From positions 3,162,001 to 3,226,000 of the forward strand of contig CM075988.1 of the NCBI GenBank assembly GCA_038087875.1: a stretch of 64,000 bases of DNA, given 5' to 3'. This document shows positions 61,136 through 64,000 of this stretch, one piece after another (within the stretch, counting starts at the first letter, position 1; every line of letters begins with the position of its first letter). Made by a program: the position numbers and the translations under genes. The stretch comes from Malacoraja senta. Taxonomy: Eukaryota. The notes beneath the pieces are model-generated. The model did no database searches and had not been told where the DNA came from. It was given only the letters and a program-made list of their open reading frames with translations.

Positions 61136-62249
61136 CGCCGTGCCATAATGTTGGCACATGATGACAACACTTGTCTGCCTGATGCTATATGAATAAAGAT
61201 CTTTGGTTTCGTCTCTTGTCCATTTCCTGACATCAATATATAAGTGCTGGTGTTAGGGTAGCAATGTTGTGCTGCCTGCATCCCACACATTGGGCACAGC
61301 GTACACACACATCACAATACCCAGGTCCACTTTCAATCCAACTAATCACACAACAAGGCTGGCTTTGAAAATGTGTAGCAAGCAACTGGAGATGTTGGTT
61401 CACAACGAAGATAGACACAAAATGCTGGAGTAACTCAGCAGGTCAGGCAGCATCTCTGGAGAAAAAGACTAGATGACGTTCATGTTCATAAGTTCTTCAG
61501 TAATTGGAGCAGAATTAGGCCATTCGGCCCATCAAGTATACTCCGCCATTCAATCATGGCTGATCTATCTTTCCCTCTCAACCCCATTCTCTTGCCATCT
61601 CCCCATAACCCCTGACACCCTTACGGGTTTTGTGTCAGATCCCTTGTTCAGACTCCTACAGATTATGACAGGGTTATGTTCCTGTGAACAGATTGTAACC
61701 CGAACTGATTGTAAGTTGGAAATGAACAGAATCAGCATGGGAGAGGGTCAGAGAAGCAGCATCCGTGACGGAGAGCGAGGAGATGCGGGAAGAGCGGCCG
61801 CCAGCTGTCCTCACCGACGCGGTGTGTGAGCGAGTGAGTCTGCCCAGCGCTCCCAGCTCTGCCCCTCTCCAGCAGAAGATGCCTGCAGCTCTGTAGCATC
61901 CACTAAATCCATCGCCATCCACCTCGACACTCACCCATACACCCACTCGTGTCCATAAATCGAGCATTCATAACCTGGGGAAAATATAAACCATACAAGT
62001 AATTGCTCAGTCAAGTCCTGGTCTGGCCATTTAACATCTGAGTGATATTCAGCGTGGCTGATGCCTCTCGCTGAGGAATAGCGTCATAAAAATGAAGCTT
62101 TAACATCAAGGACCAGAGGTGATGAGTTAAATTCATAGCCAACATCAATTTAGCAAAGATGTTCTCTAAGCTCCAGTCTCATTATTCATTTATGCGGCAG
62201 TTGTTGCTAGTAAACTAAGCATCTATTACTCATCTTAGCCTCCCTTCCT

Positions 62250-62800
62250 TGCTCGGCGAGACCAAGCGCAGGCTCGGCGATCATTTCGCTGATCACCTCC
62301 GCTCAGTCCGCCTAAACCTACCTGATCTGCCGATTGCTAAACACTTTAACTCCCCCTCCCATTCCCACTCTGACCTTTCTGTCCTGGGCCTCCTCCATTG
62401 TCAGAGTGAGGTCCAGTGCAAATTGGAGGAACAGCACCTCATATTTTGCTTGCGCAGCTCACACCCCAGCAGTATGAACATTCACGTCTCTAACTTCAAA
62501 TAGCCCTTGCTTTCCCTCTCTCTCTATCCCTTCCCCATGCTAGTTCTCCCACCAGTCTGACTCTCTTCATTCACATTTTATCTCTATGTTTCGTCTTCAC
62601 CTTCCAATGGCTAACAATGATCTATTCTACATTTTCCTTGATCGGCATCTCCTTTCATGTCTCATTTTCACACCCTACCCTTCCTTATCTCTGTGTCTCA
62701 CCTGACAGTATGAAGAAGGGTCTCGACCCGAAAGGTCACCCATTCCTTCTCTCCACAGATACTGCTTGGCCCGCTGGGTTACTCCAGTATTTTGTGTCAA
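62250..62800 (+). mobile_element. Penelope GIY-YIG endonuclease C-terminus, 3' UTR and pLTR
   Basis: GETKRRLGDHFADHLRSV...KLEEQHLIFCL. Confidence 0.85.
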
Positions 62801-62892
62801 CCTCCCGTCCTCCTCTCTCTTTCCTGTGTCCCTCCCACCTCAGTGAGCACCCATCTCCTGTCCCTTTCTCCCATCCCCTTCCATCTATATCC

Positions 62893-63192
62893 TTCCCTTC
62901 TCCCATCGGCAAAAGGTATAGAAGTATGAAAATGCACACCTCAAGTTCCTCTTCCCAGCTGTTATCAGGCAACTTAACCATCCTAACTACCTCATTTGGT
63001 GACCCTCGGACTATCCTTGATCGGACTTAGCTGGCTTTACCTTGCACTAAATGTTATTCCCTTATCATGTATCTATACACAGTAAAGGGCTCAATTGTTA
63101 TCATGTATTGTCTTTCTGCTGACTGGATAGCACGCAGCAAAAGCTTTTCATTTTACCTCCGTACACGTGAGAATAAATTAAACCGAACTGAA
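62893..63192 (+). mobile_element. Rex/Babar LINE 3' end
   Basis: PSPIGKRYRSMK, FFPAVIRQLN coding; aataaa plus aactg-type tail. Confidence 0.75.
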
Positions 63193-63310
63193 TTTACATG
63201 ACATGCAGTGTGTAGGAAGGAACTGCAGATGCTGGTTTAAACTGAAGATAGACACAAAAAGCTGGAGTAACTCAGTGGGTCAGGCAGCATCTCTGGAGAA
63301 AAGGAATAGG

Positions 63311-63338
63311 TACGTTTCGGGTCGAGACCCTTCTTCAG
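63311..63338 (-). ncRNA. Minimal type I hammerhead ribozyme core (Penelope pLTR, 63207-63340)
   Basis: Minus strand CTGAAGA-A-GGGTC-TC-GACCC-GAAA-CGTA, intact core and palindromic stem II. Confidence 0.65.
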
Positions 63339-64000
63339 ACCTGACATCCATTTGTCTCCTTGCCTCATTTTAGTCCACTTCTGTCACTCTTTTGTCTTCC
63401 TCACGTCAAACCTTCTGTTTATCAAATCCCCCCTCAACTGTATCCACCTATCACTCACCAGACATTGCCAGGCCCTTGCCTCTTTTCCAGCTTTCAACCC
63501 ACCACCGCAATGAGTCTGGAGAAGGGTCTCTCCTGAGTTATCCCTTGTCTATTCCCTCCACAGATGGTCAATAGCCATTGGTGCTTTATTTGTCAAATAT
63601 GTAACTGCACAGTGAAATTATTTTTGCATATATTACACATGCGGGCGCTGCCATTTTTGGTGCCATCATTCAAAGTGCAAAGTCCAGTCGGCCCACGCGC
63701 TCAATATACTGGAGCAGTTCCCACGAACCGACATCCCTCTCCTCTCCTCTCCCCATTGGCCACCTTTGTGTCCCGGGAGCGCCCCCTGCAGTCGACTTTG
63801 AAGGCGCTGGAGGCATTACCCCAGTTCACCTTCCTCCTCAGGCCTGATGCCTGACCCGCTGAGTTACTCCAGCACTTTGTGGTTTGCCCAAGATTCCAGT
63901 GTCTGCAGTTCCTTGTGTTCCCATTGATAAGTGGTGACAAGTACCTTAACTCAGTAATGCCGATGAGATGAATATTTTGGTTAATGACTGCCTGGGCTCT

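Noticed and set aside
61815..61974. Faint resemblance to an MHC class I alpha-2 exon (WVYG...EVDGDG)
   Set aside because: Requires frameshifts, is too short and lacks the downstream conserved motifs; not supportable by eye.

Overview
Eukaryotic (vertebrate) DNA made almost entirely of nested transposable elements; I see no recognisable host protein-coding gene. The repeat complement (CR1 LINEs with an SGNH-esterase ORF1, tRNA-derived SINEs sharing the CR1 3' tail like HE1/HER1, abundant Penelope pLTR relics, Rex/Babar tails) suggests a cartilaginous fish (inference). Main structure: a 17.4-kb hAT transposon (20641-38070; perfect 16-bp TIRs, CpG-decayed 8-bp TSD) sits inside a SINE. Its transposase is split by two complete head-to-head DIRS tyrosine-recombinase retroelements (22973-27703 minus, 28531-33320 plus) and truncated by a Tc1 end. 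Its upstream region holds a Penelope-pLTR > Harbinger MITE > CR1 nest. Also present: a full-length Passport-like Tc1 with an open 339-aa ORF but DD34D triad (48553-50169), a near full-length RTE-X LINE (4014-7104), two near full-length CR1s, L1-in-L1, scrambled Gypsy remnants with a tRNA-Trp PBS, many minimal hammerhead ribozyme cores, a ~1.5-kb inverted duplication and a ~0.65-kb direct duplication. All element classes are known; the interest lies in junction-level detail. Family assignments come from motif recognition by eye, not database searches; boundaries of degraded fragments are approximate.
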